DNA of 64,000 bases from an uncultured Gemmatimonadales bacterium (GCA_963828735.1 CAWHFW010000001.1:32001-96000), one strand, 5' to 3'; shown: positions 22,950 to 33,814, counted from the stretch's first letter. A program made the numbers and translations. The notes: a model not told the origin generated them from the letters alone.

Positions 22950-24975
22950 CTAGGGCGTCGTCCCGGGCGCGGCCGTCCAGCCATCGTTCGTCGGGTTCAC
23001 ATCCGGGAACAGGCCGTCCGGATTCACCCGGGCGCTCGCGATCGCCTTCCCGGGTGGCACCCGGTAGATGTACCGGTTGCCGCCGTACCAGATCTCGACC
23101 GGGAGCTTCACCGTCTCCTTGGTGCCGTCGTCGAAGCCGAGCTCGAGCTCCACCGGCATGACGGCTGGTCCGAGGCTGCGGATCGCGACGAGAGACGATC
23201 CGTCCGGCGCCTGCTTCACGCTTTCCACGCTCTGGTCGAGCGCCGACGTCGTGTAGAAGAACCCGCGCCAGAACCACGCGAGATCCCGGCCCGAAACCTC
23301 TTCGATGGTGCGGAAGAAATCCGCCGGCTGGGGATGCTTGAAGGCCCACCGGCGGGTGTACTCGCGGAACGCGGTGTCGAAGATTTCCGGGCCCAGCACC
23401 TTGTTCCGGAGCGCGAGGAGCATGATGGACGGCTTCACGTAGGCCAGGCTGCCGAGATTGTCGTTGTTGCGGTACCGATTGGCCGGCGTCATGATCGGCT
23501 GCGCGGCGGGGCCCTGGTCCAGCCCGGTCACGAAATGGATCTCGTTGCGGCGCGTGTCGGTGTCGTCCCGCTTCCAGTAATTCTCCTCGGAGAACGTATT
23601 GATGAAGGTATTGAATCCCTCGTCCATCCATGCGTAGCGCCGCTCGTCCGATCCGACCGTCATCGGATACCACATGTGTCCGATCTCGTGCGTGATCACG
23701 CTGTAGAGGTCGGTCTTGTCTTCCGAGGGGGCCTCCATCGCCACCATCGGGTATTCCATGCCCGAAACGGGGCCCTCGATCGCGCTGATCTGCGGATACG
23801 GGTATCGGAACCAATGCGAGCTGTACTCGAGGATGGAGAAGCGGCTCATCTTCGCGGCGTCTTCCCAGGTCGAGCGGGCGTCGTTCCGGTAATACGCCTG
23901 CGCGAGGATCCCGTCCCACGCGGACGCGTCCCAGCGATAGTCCGGAGAGGCGGCCCAGGCCGCGTCCCGGACGCTCGCCGCGTGGAAGCGCCACGTGAAC
24001 GTCCCATCCTGCCGCGGGCGCGCGGCGCCCGAGGCGAGCTCGTCCGCCGTCACGATGGCGATCGTGCTGTCGGATTTGAGCGCCGCCGTGAGCCGCGTCC
24101 GCTGTGCCGCGGTCAGCACCTGCTCGGGATTCTGCAGCACGCCGCTTCCCGCCACGATGTACCCGGCGGGAACGGTGACGTCGTAGTCGATGTCGCCGTA
24201 CTCGAGGTAAAACTCTCCCTGGCCCAGGTACTGATCGGTGTTCCAGCCGTGCACGTCGTCGTACACCGCCATGCGCGGGTACCATTGGGCGATCTCGTAC
24301 AGGTTGCCCTCTCGTCCCATCCGATCGGCCCCGTGCTCCGGCACGTTGAACGAGTACGCCAGATCGAGGACGGTCGTGGCGCCGGGCGCGAGCGCCTGGA
24401 CCAGCTCCACGTACATCATGGTGTCGTCCACCCGGTACGCGAGCGCGGTGGGTGGCAGCGGGCGCGCCTCGGAGGACGATCCCGCGGTGCGGCTCCGGCG
24501 CGGCCCCTTGGCGGCCGGCGAGCTCTGCGTGAGGCTCGTGATGTCGAACCCGCCCGGAGAATCCGGCGCCCCCGAACCGGCTCTCCGCCGCGAACAGCAG
24601 CGAGCCGGTGCTCCCCGACCGGAACAGGTTCTGGTCCACCTGCATCCACACGAACCTGAGCGTGTCGGGTGAATCGTTGGTGTAGCGGATCTGCTCGGTC
24701 CCGATCACCCGCTTCGCGGCGGTGTCGAGCGTCGCCTTGATCGTGTAGTCGGCCCGCTGCTGCCAGTAGCCAGGACCGGGCGCGCCGTCCGCGCTCCGGA
24801 CAAGGGTGGGCGGTGGCAGCGCGATCGGGCTGAAGATGCCCGTGTCCGCGACCGGCGGCTTGAGCGCCGGCTGGAGGTTGAGCGGCCGGGCCGGCTGGGT
24901 CGGTGTATTCGAATCCGATTGCTGGGCCGCGAGCGGGCTCGCGCTCAGCACGACGAGAAGGACGAGAAGTCGCAT
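22950..24975 (-). pseudogene. Second secreted M1 aminopeptidase with one frameshift at ~24553-24555 (pseudogene or sequencing error)
   Basis: Signal peptide and GPGYWQQRADY in one frame. Removing one G gives ...FSGGFDITSL, which joins the SGMEYP/HEIGH/WMDEG frame ending at 22950. Confidence 0.85.
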
Positions 24976-24990
24976 GGAGGTCCCGGCGGG

Positions 24991-25569
24991 TTAGAGCTTC
25001 GGCAGGGTAACGCCGGTCTGACCCTGGTACTTCCCGGCTTTATCGGCGTAGCTGGTTTCGCAGATGTCGTCCTCATCGGCCTCGAAGAAGAGGACCTGAC
25101 AGATCCCCTCGTTCGCGTAGATGCGGGCGGGGAGCGGCGTCGTGTTGCTGATCTCCAGCGTGACGTGTCCCTCCCACTCGGGCTCGAACGGGGTCACGTT
25201 GGTGATGATCCCGCAGCGGGCGTACGTGCTCTTCCCGACGCAGATCGTCAGCACCTCTCGCGGGATGCGGAAGTACTCGACCGACCGCGCCAGCGCGAAG
25301 CTGTTGGGCGGCACGATGCACACCTCGCCCTCGAAGGGCACGAAGCTCCGCTGGTCGAATTCCTTCGGGTCCACCACGGCGCTCAGCACGTTGGTGAAGA
25401 TCTTGAACTCGGGGGCCACGCGCATGTCGTATCCGTAGCTCGACAAACCGTAGGAAATGACCCGCCGCCCGTGGGTGTCCACCTGTCGCACCTGCGCGTC
25501 GGTGAACGGCTCGATCATGGAGCGCTCGCGGGCCATGCGGCGGATCCAGCGGTCGGACTTGATGGACAT
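24991..25569 (-). CDS. dcd: dCTP deaminase
   Basis: [38 protein letters not shown] motifs. Confidence 0.95.
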   Translation of the reverse strand: MSIKSDRWIRRMARERSMIEPFTDAQVRQVDTHGRRVISYGLSSYGYDMRVAPEFKIFTNVLSAVVDPKEFDQRSFVPFEGEVCIVPPNSFALARSVEYFRIPREVLTICVGKSTYARCGIITNVTPFEPEWEGHVTLEISNTTPLPARIYANEGICQVLFFEADEDDICETSYADKAGKYQGQTGVTLPKL

Positions 25570-25633
25570 GCGGCCTCAAAAAATGGTGGTCCGGGGGCTG
25601 TCGGGCGGGGAATATAGTCGGATGCGGGGCGGG

Positions 25634-25662
25634 TTGAATTGACTTTCTAAGTCGGTTACCTT
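25634..25662 (+). promoter_or_regulatory. Sigma70-like promoter of the nuo operon
   Basis: TTGAAT-N17-TACCTT in the AT-richer dcd/nuoA spacer. Confidence 0.55.
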
Positions 25663-25671
25663 CCGCCGGAT

Positions 25672-25689
25672 AAGTGAAAAAATTCACGA
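25672..25689. promoter_or_regulatory. Putative Rex operator
   Basis: AAGTGAAAAAATTCACGA. The core GTGAA-N4-TTCAC matches the Rex consensus TTGTGAA-N4-TTCACAA. Confidence 0.65.
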
Positions 25690-25711
25690 TGCCGATTCTG
25701 CACCGAGGCAT

Positions 25712-26077
25712 ATGCTTCAGCCCTATATCCCCATCCTCCTCCTGATCGCGTTCGTCGTGGCCAACGCGATCCTGATGCTGGGCGCGTCGCATCTCTTGTC
25801 CACCTACCGCCGGACTCCCACGAAAATCGCTCCCTACGAATCCGGCATGCCCGTGCTGGGGGACGCGCGCGAGCGGTTTTCGGTCAAGTTCTACCTGGTC
25901 GCGATGCTGTTCATCATCTTCGACATCGAGACCGTGTTCATGATTCCGTGGGCCGTGGCCTTCCGCCAGCTGGGCGACATGGCCGGCCTGCTCATCATCG
26001 AGATGTTCGTCTTCATCGTGATTCTCGCGGTGGGGTACGTGTATATCTGGAAGCGGGGAGCGCTCCAATGGGATTGA
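25712..26077 (+). CDS. nuoA: NADH-quinone oxidoreductase subunit A
   Basis: [27 protein letters not shown] motifs. Confidence 0.95.
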   Translation: MLQPYIPILLLIAFVVANAILMLGASHLLSTYRRTPTKIAPYESGMPVLGDARERFSVKFYLVAMLFIIFDIETVFMIPWAVAFRQLGDMAGLLIIEMFVFIVILAVGYVYIWKRGALQWD

Positions 26078-26697
26078 CCAATCCCGCCACCGAATATCGC
26101 GACAGCGATTCGACGACCGTCTCGTCGATCTCGCCCAACTGGGTCACCACCCGGCTCGATTTCCTGACCAACTGGGCCCGAAGCAACTCACTGTGGCCCA
26201 TGCCGTTCGGCACCGCGTGCTGCGCCATCGAGTACATGGCCACGGCGGCCAGTCGCTTCGACATCGCCCGCTTCGGCATGGAGCGCCAGAGTTTCTCACC
26301 GCGGCAGGCGGACGTGCTGATCTGCGCCGGCCGGCTTCCCTTCAAGCTGGCGCCCGTGATCCGGCGCATCTGGGACCAGATGCCCCAGCCGAAGTGGTCC
26401 ATTTCGATGGGCGCCTGCGCGTCCTCCGGCGGGATCTTCGACAACTACGCGATGGTGCAGGGGATCGACACGATCATCCCGGTGGACGTCTATGTGCCGG
26501 GCTGCCCGCCGCGGCCGGAGGGCCTCATTTACGGCATCCGCCTGCTCCAGAAGAAGATTATGGGGGAGAGCATCGCGGACGACACGTTGCGGGACGAGAA
26601 GCTCGTGGGACCGTCCGGCCTGTTTCTCTCCCCCGAGCGGGTGGACGAGCTGTCCGAGCCGTTCGGGAATTCCGTTCACCAGACCCGGTCCACGTGA
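26068..26697 (+). CDS. nuoB: NADH-quinone oxidoreductase subunit B
   Basis: [33 protein letters not shown] motifs. Confidence 0.95.
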   Translation: MGLTNPATEYRDSDSTTVSSISPNWVTTRLDFLTNWARSNSLWPMPFGTACCAIEYMATAASRFDIARFGMERQSFSPRQADVLICAGRLPFKLAPVIRRIWDQMPQPKWSISMGACASSGGIFDNYAMVQGIDTIIPVDVYVPGCPPRPEGLIYGIRLLQKKIMGESIADDTLRDEKLVGPSGLFLSPERVDELSEPFGNSVHQTRST

Positions 26698-26743
26698 TGC
26701 CTCGCCCCTCGGCTTCGGCGCCTCACGGGGCGGAGCGTGAGCT

Positions 26744-27364
26744 ATGACCGCCGCGATATCGCCTTCGGTCGGGGCGCTCCGCGGCGAGTTCGGGAGCGCC
26801 CTCGGCCGCCATGTCGTCTCCTGCGGCGACACGATCGTCTACGTGCAGCGCGAGCGCGCGCATGACGTGCTCGCCTGGCTGCGCGATACCCCCGGCCAGC
26901 AGTTCGACTACCTCACCGACATCACGGCGGTCGAATACCGGGACCCCGAGCTGCCCCTCGAGGTGGTGTGGCAGCTTCGGTCGCTGCCGCGCAAGGCCGA
27001 CCTCCGCGTGAAGGTCGAGCTCGACAAGCGCGGTCCGCTCGAGGTCCGGTCGGTGTGGGACCTCTGGCACGGGGCGGACTGGCTGGAGCGCGAGGTGTAC
27101 GACATGTTCGGCATCACCTTCGCGGGCCACCCGGACCTCCGGCGGATCCTCATGTGGGAGACCTACGCCGAAGGCTACCCGCTGCGGAAGGACTTCCCGC
27201 TGCGCGGTCACTTCAGCCGCGCCGAGCAGACCCGCCAGGCGCTCGCCGCCAATCCCGAAGCGCACTACTCCATGGAAGAGCTCTCCATCGCCGAGGCGTT
27301 CAGCGAGCTGCCCGCCGACATGCGGGAGCGCCTGGCGCGGGGCGAGCGAGGATTCCTGAAATGA
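26744..27364 (+). CDS. nuoC: NADH-quinone oxidoreductase subunit C
   Basis: ADWLEREVYDMFG, GHPDLRRIL, PLRKDFP motifs. Confidence 0.93.
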   Translation: MTAAISPSVGALRGEFGSALGRHVVSCGDTIVYVQRERAHDVLAWLRDTPGQQFDYLTDITAVEYRDPELPLEVVWQLRSLPRKADLRVKVELDKRGPLEVRSVWDLWHGADWLEREVYDMFGITFAGHPDLRRILMWETYAEGYPLRKDFPLRGHFSRAEQTRQALAANPEAHYSMEELSIAEAFSELPADMRERLARGERGFLK

Positions 27365-28654
27365 GCCTCCGTACCGTCGAGCTTGGCGCTGGCCACGCCG
27401 GGCCTCGACGCCCAGGGCCGCCCGACCCGCGTCCCGCTGGGCGTGAGCCACGGCACGGGAACCTACGACGAGGATTTCGGCGCCGAGCACATGCTGGTGA
27501 ACATCGGGCCGCAGCACCCCGCCACGCACGGCGTGCTCCGCCTCGTGATCGAGCTCGAGGGCGAGACGGTCAAGCGCTGCATCCCGCACGTCGGCTACCT
27601 GCACTCGGGGTTCGAGAAGCTCGGCGAATACCGTCACTACAACCAGATCATTCCGCTCACCGACCGCACGGACTACCTGTCCCCCATGGCGAACAACGTC
27701 GGGCTCGCCCTGGCGGCCGAGAAGCTGATGGGGATTCAGGTGCCGGAGCGGTGCCGCGTGCTCCGGGTGATCGCGTGCGAGATGAGCCGGATCATCTCCC
27801 ACCTCGTGTGGCTCGGCACCACCGGCATCGACCTCGGGGCCTTCACGCCGTTCCTGTGGTCGTTCCAGCAGCGCGAGCGGATCTACAACCTGCAGGAGAT
27901 GTGGACCGGCGCGCGGCTCACGACCAGCCTCACGCGGGTCGGCGGCATGATGGCCGACGTGCCCGAGGAGTTCGAGGCGGGCCTCAGGGACTTCACGCGG
28001 ACGTTCCCCAAGACGTTGACCGAGGTGGACACAATGTTCACCCGGAACGCGATCTGGATCGGCCGGACCCAGGGCGTGGGCGCGCTCACGGCCGCCGAGG
28101 CGACGAACTACTCGCTGTCGGGCCCCATGCTGCGCGCGAGCGGCGTGGACTACGACTGCCGCAAGGACCGTCCGTATCTCGATTACGAGACCTACGACTT
28201 CGACGTCCCGGTCGGCGAGCACGGCGACATCTACGACCGCTACCGCATCCGGCTCGAGGAGATGTGGCAGTCGAACCGGATCCTGGAGCAGGGCCTCGAC
28301 CGCCTGGCCCGGCTCAAGGGCGCGCCGATCAACGTGGACGATCCGCGCATCATCCTGCCGCCCAAGTCGCGCGCGATGAGCGACATGGAGGCGATGATCT
28401 TCCACTTCAAGCAGGTGATGGAAGGCGTGAAGCCGCCGGTGGGTGAGGCCTACATGGGCATCGAGAACCCCAAGGGCGAGCTCGGCTACTATCTGGTCTC
28501 CGACGGCACGGCCAAGCCGGTGCGCTGGCGCATTCGCCCGCCGTCGTTCATCAACCTGGCGAGCCTGCCCAAGATGTGCGAGGGCGCGCTCCTCTCCGAC
28601 GTTATCGCCATCAACGCGAGCGTGGACATCGTCATGGGAGAAGTGGACCGATGA
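27361..28654 (+). CDS. nuoD: NADH-quinone oxidoreductase subunit D (probable 1-nt insertion at ~27383, or TTG start at 27383)
   Basis: NIGPQHPATHGVLR, DRTDY, ENPKGELG, DIVMGEVDR motifs. The ATG at 27361 (ATGA overlap) is one base out of frame with the body. Confidence 0.9.
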
Positions 28655-29154
28655 GCGCGCACGGCGCGACCGCGGCGTACGAGCCGGTCTTCGTGGGCGA
28701 CACGCGGGTCCGGCTCGAGCGGCTCTTCGCCGACTACCCCGCCAAGCAGGGCTGCCTCCTGCCGGCGCTCTGGATGGTGCAGGAAGCGCGCGGCTGGATC
28801 TCGGACGCGGCCATCGCGGAGGTGGCGCACGTGCTCGAGCTGACCCCGGCCTACGTGAAGGGCGTGGTCACGTTCTACACGATGTACCACACCCATCCCG
28901 TCGGGCGGCACTTCATCCAGGTGTGCACCACGTCGCCGTGCAACATCTGCGGGGCGGAAGATGTGGTGAAGGCGCTGCTCCAGGCCACTGCCTGCGGCGA
29001 GCTCGGCGCCACCAGCCCTGACGGCCGGTTCACCGTCATCGAGGTGGAGTGCCTGGGCGCCTGCGGGTTCCCCACGCCCATTCTGATCGATGACGACTTC
29101 ATCGAGAGCGTGACGCCGGAGCAGGTGCCCGCGCTGCTGCAGAGGTACGCGTAA
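28651..29154 (+). CDS. nuoE: NADH-quinone oxidoreductase subunit E
   Basis: VVTFYTMY, VCTTSPC, ECLGAC motifs. Confidence 0.93.
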   Translation: MSAHGATAAYEPVFVGDTRVRLERLFADYPAKQGCLLPALWMVQEARGWISDAAIAEVAHVLELTPAYVKGVVTFYTMYHTHPVGRHFIQVCTTSPCNICGAEDVVKALLQATACGELGATSPDGRFTVIEVECLGACGFPTPILIDDDFIESVTPEQVPALLQRYA

Positions 29155-30461
29155 TGGGCTATCCGCATCCGAGCCACCCGAAGGAGACGGTCGTCCTGTC
29201 CCGGTATTTCGGCGACGCGGGCGCGCGGACCCATGACGGTTGGGTGCAGCGCGGCGGCTACGAGGCGCTGCGGAAGGCGCTCGGCATGACGCGCGAGGCC
29301 GTGGTCGAGGAGGTGAAGGCCTCCGGCCTCCGCGGTCGCGGCGGGGCGGGGTTCCCGACCGGCCTCAAGTGGTCGTTCATGCCCAAGGAGGTCACGCGGC
29401 CGCATTTTCTCGTCTGCAACGCGGACGAGTCGGAGCCCGGCACCTTCAAAGACCGCGAGATCATGCGGTGGACGCCGCACGCGCTCATCGAGGGATGCGC
29501 CATCGCGGCATACGCCATCGGCGCGCAGCGCTGCTACATCTACATCCGGGGCGAGTTCACCGAGCCGTGGAAGATCATGTCGGCGGCGGTGGCGGAGGCG
29601 TACGCCAAGGGCACGCTCGGCGCGAACGCGATGGGGAGCGGCACGCGCATCGACATGGTCCTGCACCGCGGCGCGGGCGCGTACATCTGCGGCGAAGAGA
29701 CCGCGATGATGAACTCGCTCGAGGGGAAGCGCGGCAACCCCCGGATCAAGCCCCCGTTCCCCGCCGTGGCCGGCGTGTTCGGCATGCCGACCACGATCAA
29801 CAACGTCGAGACGCTGGTCGCCGTGCCGCACATCATCACCCGCGGCGCCGCGTGGTACAAGGCGCTCTGCCTCGGCAACCCGAAGAGCACGGGGACCAAG
29901 CTGATCTCCATCTGCGGCCACATCCAGCGGCCCGGCAACTATGAAGTCACGATGGGGACGCCGCTCAAGGAGATCCTGTACGACATGGCCGGCGGCCCCA
30001 GGCCGGGCCGCACCTTCAAGGCGATCATCCCGGGCGGCAGCTCGGTGCCCATCATGACGCGGGAGGAGGCGGAGGCGGCCCTTTTCGACTACGAGGGCAT
30101 CGTCGAGAAGGGATCCATGCTGGGCTCGGCGGGCCTGATCGTCATGGACGACACGACGGACATGGTCTACCAGATCTGGCGCCTGGCCCGGTTCTATGCC
30201 CACGAGAGCTGCGCGCAGTGCACCCAGTGCCGCGAGGGCACGGCCTGGACCACCAAGATCCTGGAGCGCATCCTGGCCGGGAAGGGCAAGCAGGACGATT
30301 TCCAGCTGCTGCTCGACCTCTCGGAGAACATGACGGGGAAGACCATCTGTGTGCTGAGCGACTCGTGCGCTGCGCCGGTGGTGAGCGGGATCCAGAAGTT
30401 CCGCGGTGAATTCGACGCCTACATCGCCGGCGCGCGCGAGCCCGCGATGGCGGCGGTGTGA
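29154..30461 (+). CDS. nuoF: NADH-quinone oxidoreductase subunit F
   Basis: GLRGRGGAGF, NADESEPG, YICGEETA, HESCAQCTQCREG motifs. Confidence 0.95.
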   Translation: MGYPHPSHPKETVVLSRYFGDAGARTHDGWVQRGGYEALRKALGMTREAVVEEVKASGLRGRGGAGFPTGLKWSFMPKEVTRPHFLVCNADESEPGTFKDREIMRWTPHALIEGCAIAAYAIGAQRCYIYIRGEFTEPWKIMSAAVAEAYAKGTLGANAMGSGTRIDMVLHRGAGAYICGEETAMMNSLEGKRGNPRIKPPFPAVAGVFGMPTTINNVETLVAVPHIITRGAAWYKALCLGNPKSTGTKLISICGHIQRPGNYEVTMGTPLKEILYDMAGGPRPGRTFKAIIPGGSSVPIMTREEAEAALFDYEGIVEKGSMLGSAGLIVMDDTTDMVYQIWRLARFYAHESCAQCTQCREGTAWTTKILERILAGKGKQDDFQLLLDLSENMTGKTICVLSDSCAAPVVSGIQKFRGEFDAYIAGAREPAMAAV

Positions 30462-30501
30462 GCGGCGGCATGGTTCACCGCCCAGCCAACCGGGAAGACG
30501 A

Positions 30502-32091
30502 ATGGCCGACGAACTGGTCAACGTAACGATCGAGGGGATGGCGCTCAGCGTCCCCAAGGGCACGACGATCATCGAGGCCGCCAAGCAGGCCGGCGTCCTC
30601 GTGCCCCATTATTGCTACCATCCGTCGCTGCCGAGTCCGGCGGTCTGCCGCATGTGCCTCGTCGAGGTCGAGAAGGCGCCCAAGCTGATGCCGGCGTGCG
30701 TCACCACGGTGGCCGAGGGACAGGTGGTGCACGTCAACAGCGGCACCGCCAAGAAGGCGCGCGAGAGCGTCCTCGAGTTCCTGCTCATCAACCACCCGCT
30801 CGACTGCCCGATCTGCGATCAGGCCGGCGAGTGCGAGCTGCAGGACTACGTGTTTCAGGAAGGCCGCGCGGGGACGCGCTACAAGGAATACGCCAAGCGC
30901 TACAATCCGGTCGAGGATTTCGGGGAGGACATCCTCTACGTCCCCAACCGCTGCATTCTGTGCACCCGCTGCGTCCGGTTCATGGACGACGTCGCGGACG
31001 CGCCGATCCTCAACGTGAGCGAGCGCGGCGACCGGGCCTACATCGGCATCAGCGAGGAGCAGCGGCTCGATCACCCCTGGGCCGGCAACGTGGTGGACCT
31101 CTGCCCGGTGGGATCGCTCCTCTCCAAGGACTTCCTGCACAAAGCCCGCGCCTGGGACCTCGACAAGACGGCGAGCGTCTGCCCCGGCTGCTCGCAGGGC
31201 TGCAACATCAACATCGATACCCGTGACGACGTGGTCGTCCGGATCCGGCCGCGGCCGAATCTCGACGTCAACCGGCACTTCATCTGCGACTACGGGCGGA
31301 TGAACTACCGCTGGATGAACCGGGGCGACCGGATCGAGGCCCCGCTGGTTCGCGACGCGGGCCGCCACGTGGCGACCGACTGGGACACCGCTCTCGCCCG
31401 GCTGGAGCAGGTGCTCCGCGGCGCGTCCGGGTCGGCCGTGATCCTCGCCTCGGGACGGGCGTCCACCGAGTCTCTCGGCCTCGTGCGCCGCCTGGTGGAG
31501 CGGTTCGACGTGAGCGCCGCCGTCCAGGTGCCGCTCGGCGCCGAGGCGCCGCTCGCGCGGATTCCCAACCTCGCGCTTCGGCGGGAGCGGACGCCCAACG
31601 CGACCGGGGCCGAGCTCCTGGGCTACTCCGCGCGGTGGGATGCGGCGGTACGCCAGGCGGCCTCCGCCGCGGTGGTGATCGTGCTCGACGCCGACCTCAG
31701 CGAGGCCGAGGAAGCGGCGCTCGCCGCCGCGCCCGGCGTGGTCGTCGTCCTCGGCACCGTGTTCGCCGAGGGGCTCCGGAACGCCGAGCTGGTCCTGCCG
31801 GTCACCACGATGGCCGAGGAGAACGGCACCTACGTGAACCGCGATCGGCGGGTCCAGCGGTATCAGCAGGCGAAGAGCCAGCCCGGGATGGCGCGGCCGG
31901 CCTGGTGGGTCGCCGGCGAGGTCCTCGCAGGCCCGGGGCCGAGCGCCGACGCGCCCTCGACCGCGGCGGAAGCCTTCCTCCTCCTCGGCGAGCGGTGGCC
32001 CGCGTTCGCCGGGTTGAGCCACGCGGACCTCGGATTCACGGGGCGGGTCCTGCCCGCGGCCGCGCCCGCGCCGCAGGAGGCCGCCCGATGA
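30502..32091 (+). CDS. nuoG: NADH-quinone oxidoreductase subunit G (short, 529 aa)
   Basis: HYCYH..CRMC..C, HPLDCPICDQAGECELQ, CILCTRC, CPGCSQGC motifs. Confidence 0.9.
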   Translation: MADELVNVTIEGMALSVPKGTTIIEAAKQAGVLVPHYCYHPSLPSPAVCRMCLVEVEKAPKLMPACVTTVAEGQVVHVNSGTAKKARESVLEFLLINHPLDCPICDQAGECELQDYVFQEGRAGTRYKEYAKRYNPVEDFGEDILYVPNRCILCTRCVRFMDDVADAPILNVSERGDRAYIGISEEQRLDHPWAGNVVDLCPVGSLLSKDFLHKARAWDLDKTASVCPGCSQGCNINIDTRDDVVVRIRPRPNLDVNRHFICDYGRMNYRWMNRGDRIEAPLVRDAGRHVATDWDTALARLEQVLRGASGSAVILASGRASTESLGLVRRLVERFDVSAAVQVPLGAEAPLARIPNLALRRERTPNATGAELLGYSARWDAAVRQAASAAVVIVLDADLSEAEEAALAAAPGVVVVLGTVFAEGLRNAELVLPVTTMAEENGTYVNRDRRVQRYQQAKSQPGMARPAWWVAGEVLAGPGPSADAPSTAAEAFLLLGERWPAFAGLSHADLGFTGRVLPAAAPAPQEAAR

Positions 32092-33308
32092 CGCCGGAGA
32101 TGAAGGGCTTCATCCTGCTGAGCGCGCTCAAGATGCTCCTGGTGTTCACCGTCGTCATGATCGGCGTCGCCCTCCTCACGCTGATGGAGCGCAAGGTGAG
32201 CGCCTGGATGCAGAACCGCCGGGGCCCCAACCGGGTGGGCTGGGCCGGCCTGCTGCAGCCGGCCGCCGATGGTCTGAAGAACATCCTGAAGGAAGAGACC
32301 TACCCGGCGCTCGCGAACCGCGGCCTCTTCTTCCTCGCGCCCGCGCTGTCGTTCATTCCCGCGCTGCTCCTGTCCGCCGTGATCCCGTTCGCGGCGCCGC
32401 TGCCGCTGGACTTCGACTTCACGCTCGGACCCCTGGGTCGCTTCGTGCACCACGGTCTGATGCCGATGGTCGTGGCCGACCTCCCGATCGGCTTTCTCTT
32501 CGTCCTCTCGATCAGCTCGATGGGGGTCTACGGGATCGCGCTCGCGGGCTGGTCGTCCAACAGCAAGTACGCCCTGCTCGGCGGCCTCCGGGCCAGCGCG
32601 CAGATGATCAGCTACGAGATCGCGATGGGGCTGAGTCTCATCCCGGTGCTGCTCATGAGCGGCAACGTGAGCTTCGGCGCGATCATCCACGAGCAGCAGA
32701 TCGGTCTCTGGTACGTGCTGCCGCTCTTCCTTTCGTTCTTCGTGTTCCTGATCTCGGGCTTCGCCGAGACCAACCGGCTGCCGTTCGACCTGCCCGAAGC
32801 CGAATCCGAGCTGATCGCCGGGTACCACACCGAATACAGCGCGATGAAGTTCTCGTTCTTCTTCATCGCCGAGTACGCCAACGTGGTGACCGTGTGCGCC
32901 ATGGTGACCACTCTGTTCTTCGGCGGCTGGGACATCCCCGGGCGCTGGGACGAACAGGGCGGCCTGCTCCAGACGCTGGCCACGGGCGGGTTCTTCTTCC
33001 TCAAGCTCATGTTCTGGATCTTCTTCGTCATGTGGATCCGTTGGACCCTGCCGCGGTTCCGCTATGACCAGCTCATGGCGCTGGGCTGGAAGGTGCTCAT
33101 GCCGCTCGCGCTGGCCTACATCATGGTCATCTGCACGGCGATCTACGGCATCGAGCACGTGGCCGGCATCACCGATCCGAAGGCGCGCTCGCTCGCGCTG
33201 TTCGGAGTGAACGTGGTGCTCGGGCTCTTCGTGTTCGGAGTGCTCGACAGCGGCGTCTTCATCCGCGGCTCCGGCCGGCGGCAGGCCACTTACGAGGTGA
33301 CGGGCTGA
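32088..33308 (+). CDS. nuoH: NADH-quinone oxidoreductase subunit H
   Basis: ERKVSAWMQNRRGPNRVG and AETNRLPFDLPEAESEL motifs. Confidence 0.95.
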   Translation: MTPEMKGFILLSALKMLLVFTVVMIGVALLTLMERKVSAWMQNRRGPNRVGWAGLLQPAADGLKNILKEETYPALANRGLFFLAPALSFIPALLLSAVIPFAAPLPLDFDFTLGPLGRFVHHGLMPMVVADLPIGFLFVLSISSMGVYGIALAGWSSNSKYALLGGLRASAQMISYEIAMGLSLIPVLLMSGNVSFGAIIHEQQIGLWYVLPLFLSFFVFLISGFAETNRLPFDLPEAESELIAGYHTEYSAMKFSFFFIAEYANVVTVCAMVTTLFFGGWDIPGRWDEQGGLLQTLATGGFFFLKLMFWIFFVMWIRWTLPRFRYDQLMALGWKVLMPLALAYIMVICTAIYGIEHVAGITDPKARSLALFGVNVVLGLFVFGVLDSGVFIRGSGRRQATYEVTG

Positions 33309-33814
33309 TGGCCATCGGCGTCAAGGTCATGAAGCGTCCCGAGCGCGAGGTCAGCTACGTGCGGGCCACGCTCAAGGGCATGGCGCTCACCTTCAAGCAC
33401 ATGTTCGAGCCGAAGGTGACGATGCAGTACCCCGAGGAGAAGAGCACCACCGATTGGAGCATCTCGCAGCGATGGCGCGGCACCCACCGGATGCTGACCG
33501 ACGAGCAGGGCCGCTCCAAGTGCGTCGCGTGCGGGCTCTGTCCCCAGATCTGTCCGGCCAACTGCATCAAGCTGGTGCCCGGCGAGGACGAAGAGGGGAA
33601 CCGGTACCCGCTGATCTACGAGATCGACGAGTTCCGCTGCGTCTTCTGCGGGTACTGCCAGGAAGTGTGCCCCGAGGAGGCCATTCACGTGGGCGTGCAC
33701 TTCGAGAATGCCGAGTACACCCGCGGCCGGTTCGTGTACGACCTGGAGCGGCTCCAGGCGCAGACCCATGCCGTGTCCACGCTGTGGGACCCGACCGATC
33801 CACGGGGCGAGTAG
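33308..33814 (+). CDS. nuoI: NADH-quinone oxidoreductase subunit I
   Basis: Two CxxCxxCxxxCP motifs and YPEEK. Confidence 0.95.
   Translation: MAIGVKVMKRPEREVSYVRATLKGMALTFKHMFEPKVTMQYPEEKSTTDWSISQRWRGTHRMLTDEQGRSKCVACGLCPQICPANCIKLVPGEDEEGNRYPLIYEIDEFRCVFCGYCQEVCPEEAIHVGVHFENAEYTRGRFVYDLERLQAQTHAVSTLWDPTDPRGE

Noticed and set aside
21310..24975. 1221-aa ORF as a giant peptidase-CHAD-CYTH fusion
   Set aside because: The middle is an off-frame, Arg/Gly-rich translation of the M1 gene caused by the frameshift at ~24554. The CHAD gene has its own start.
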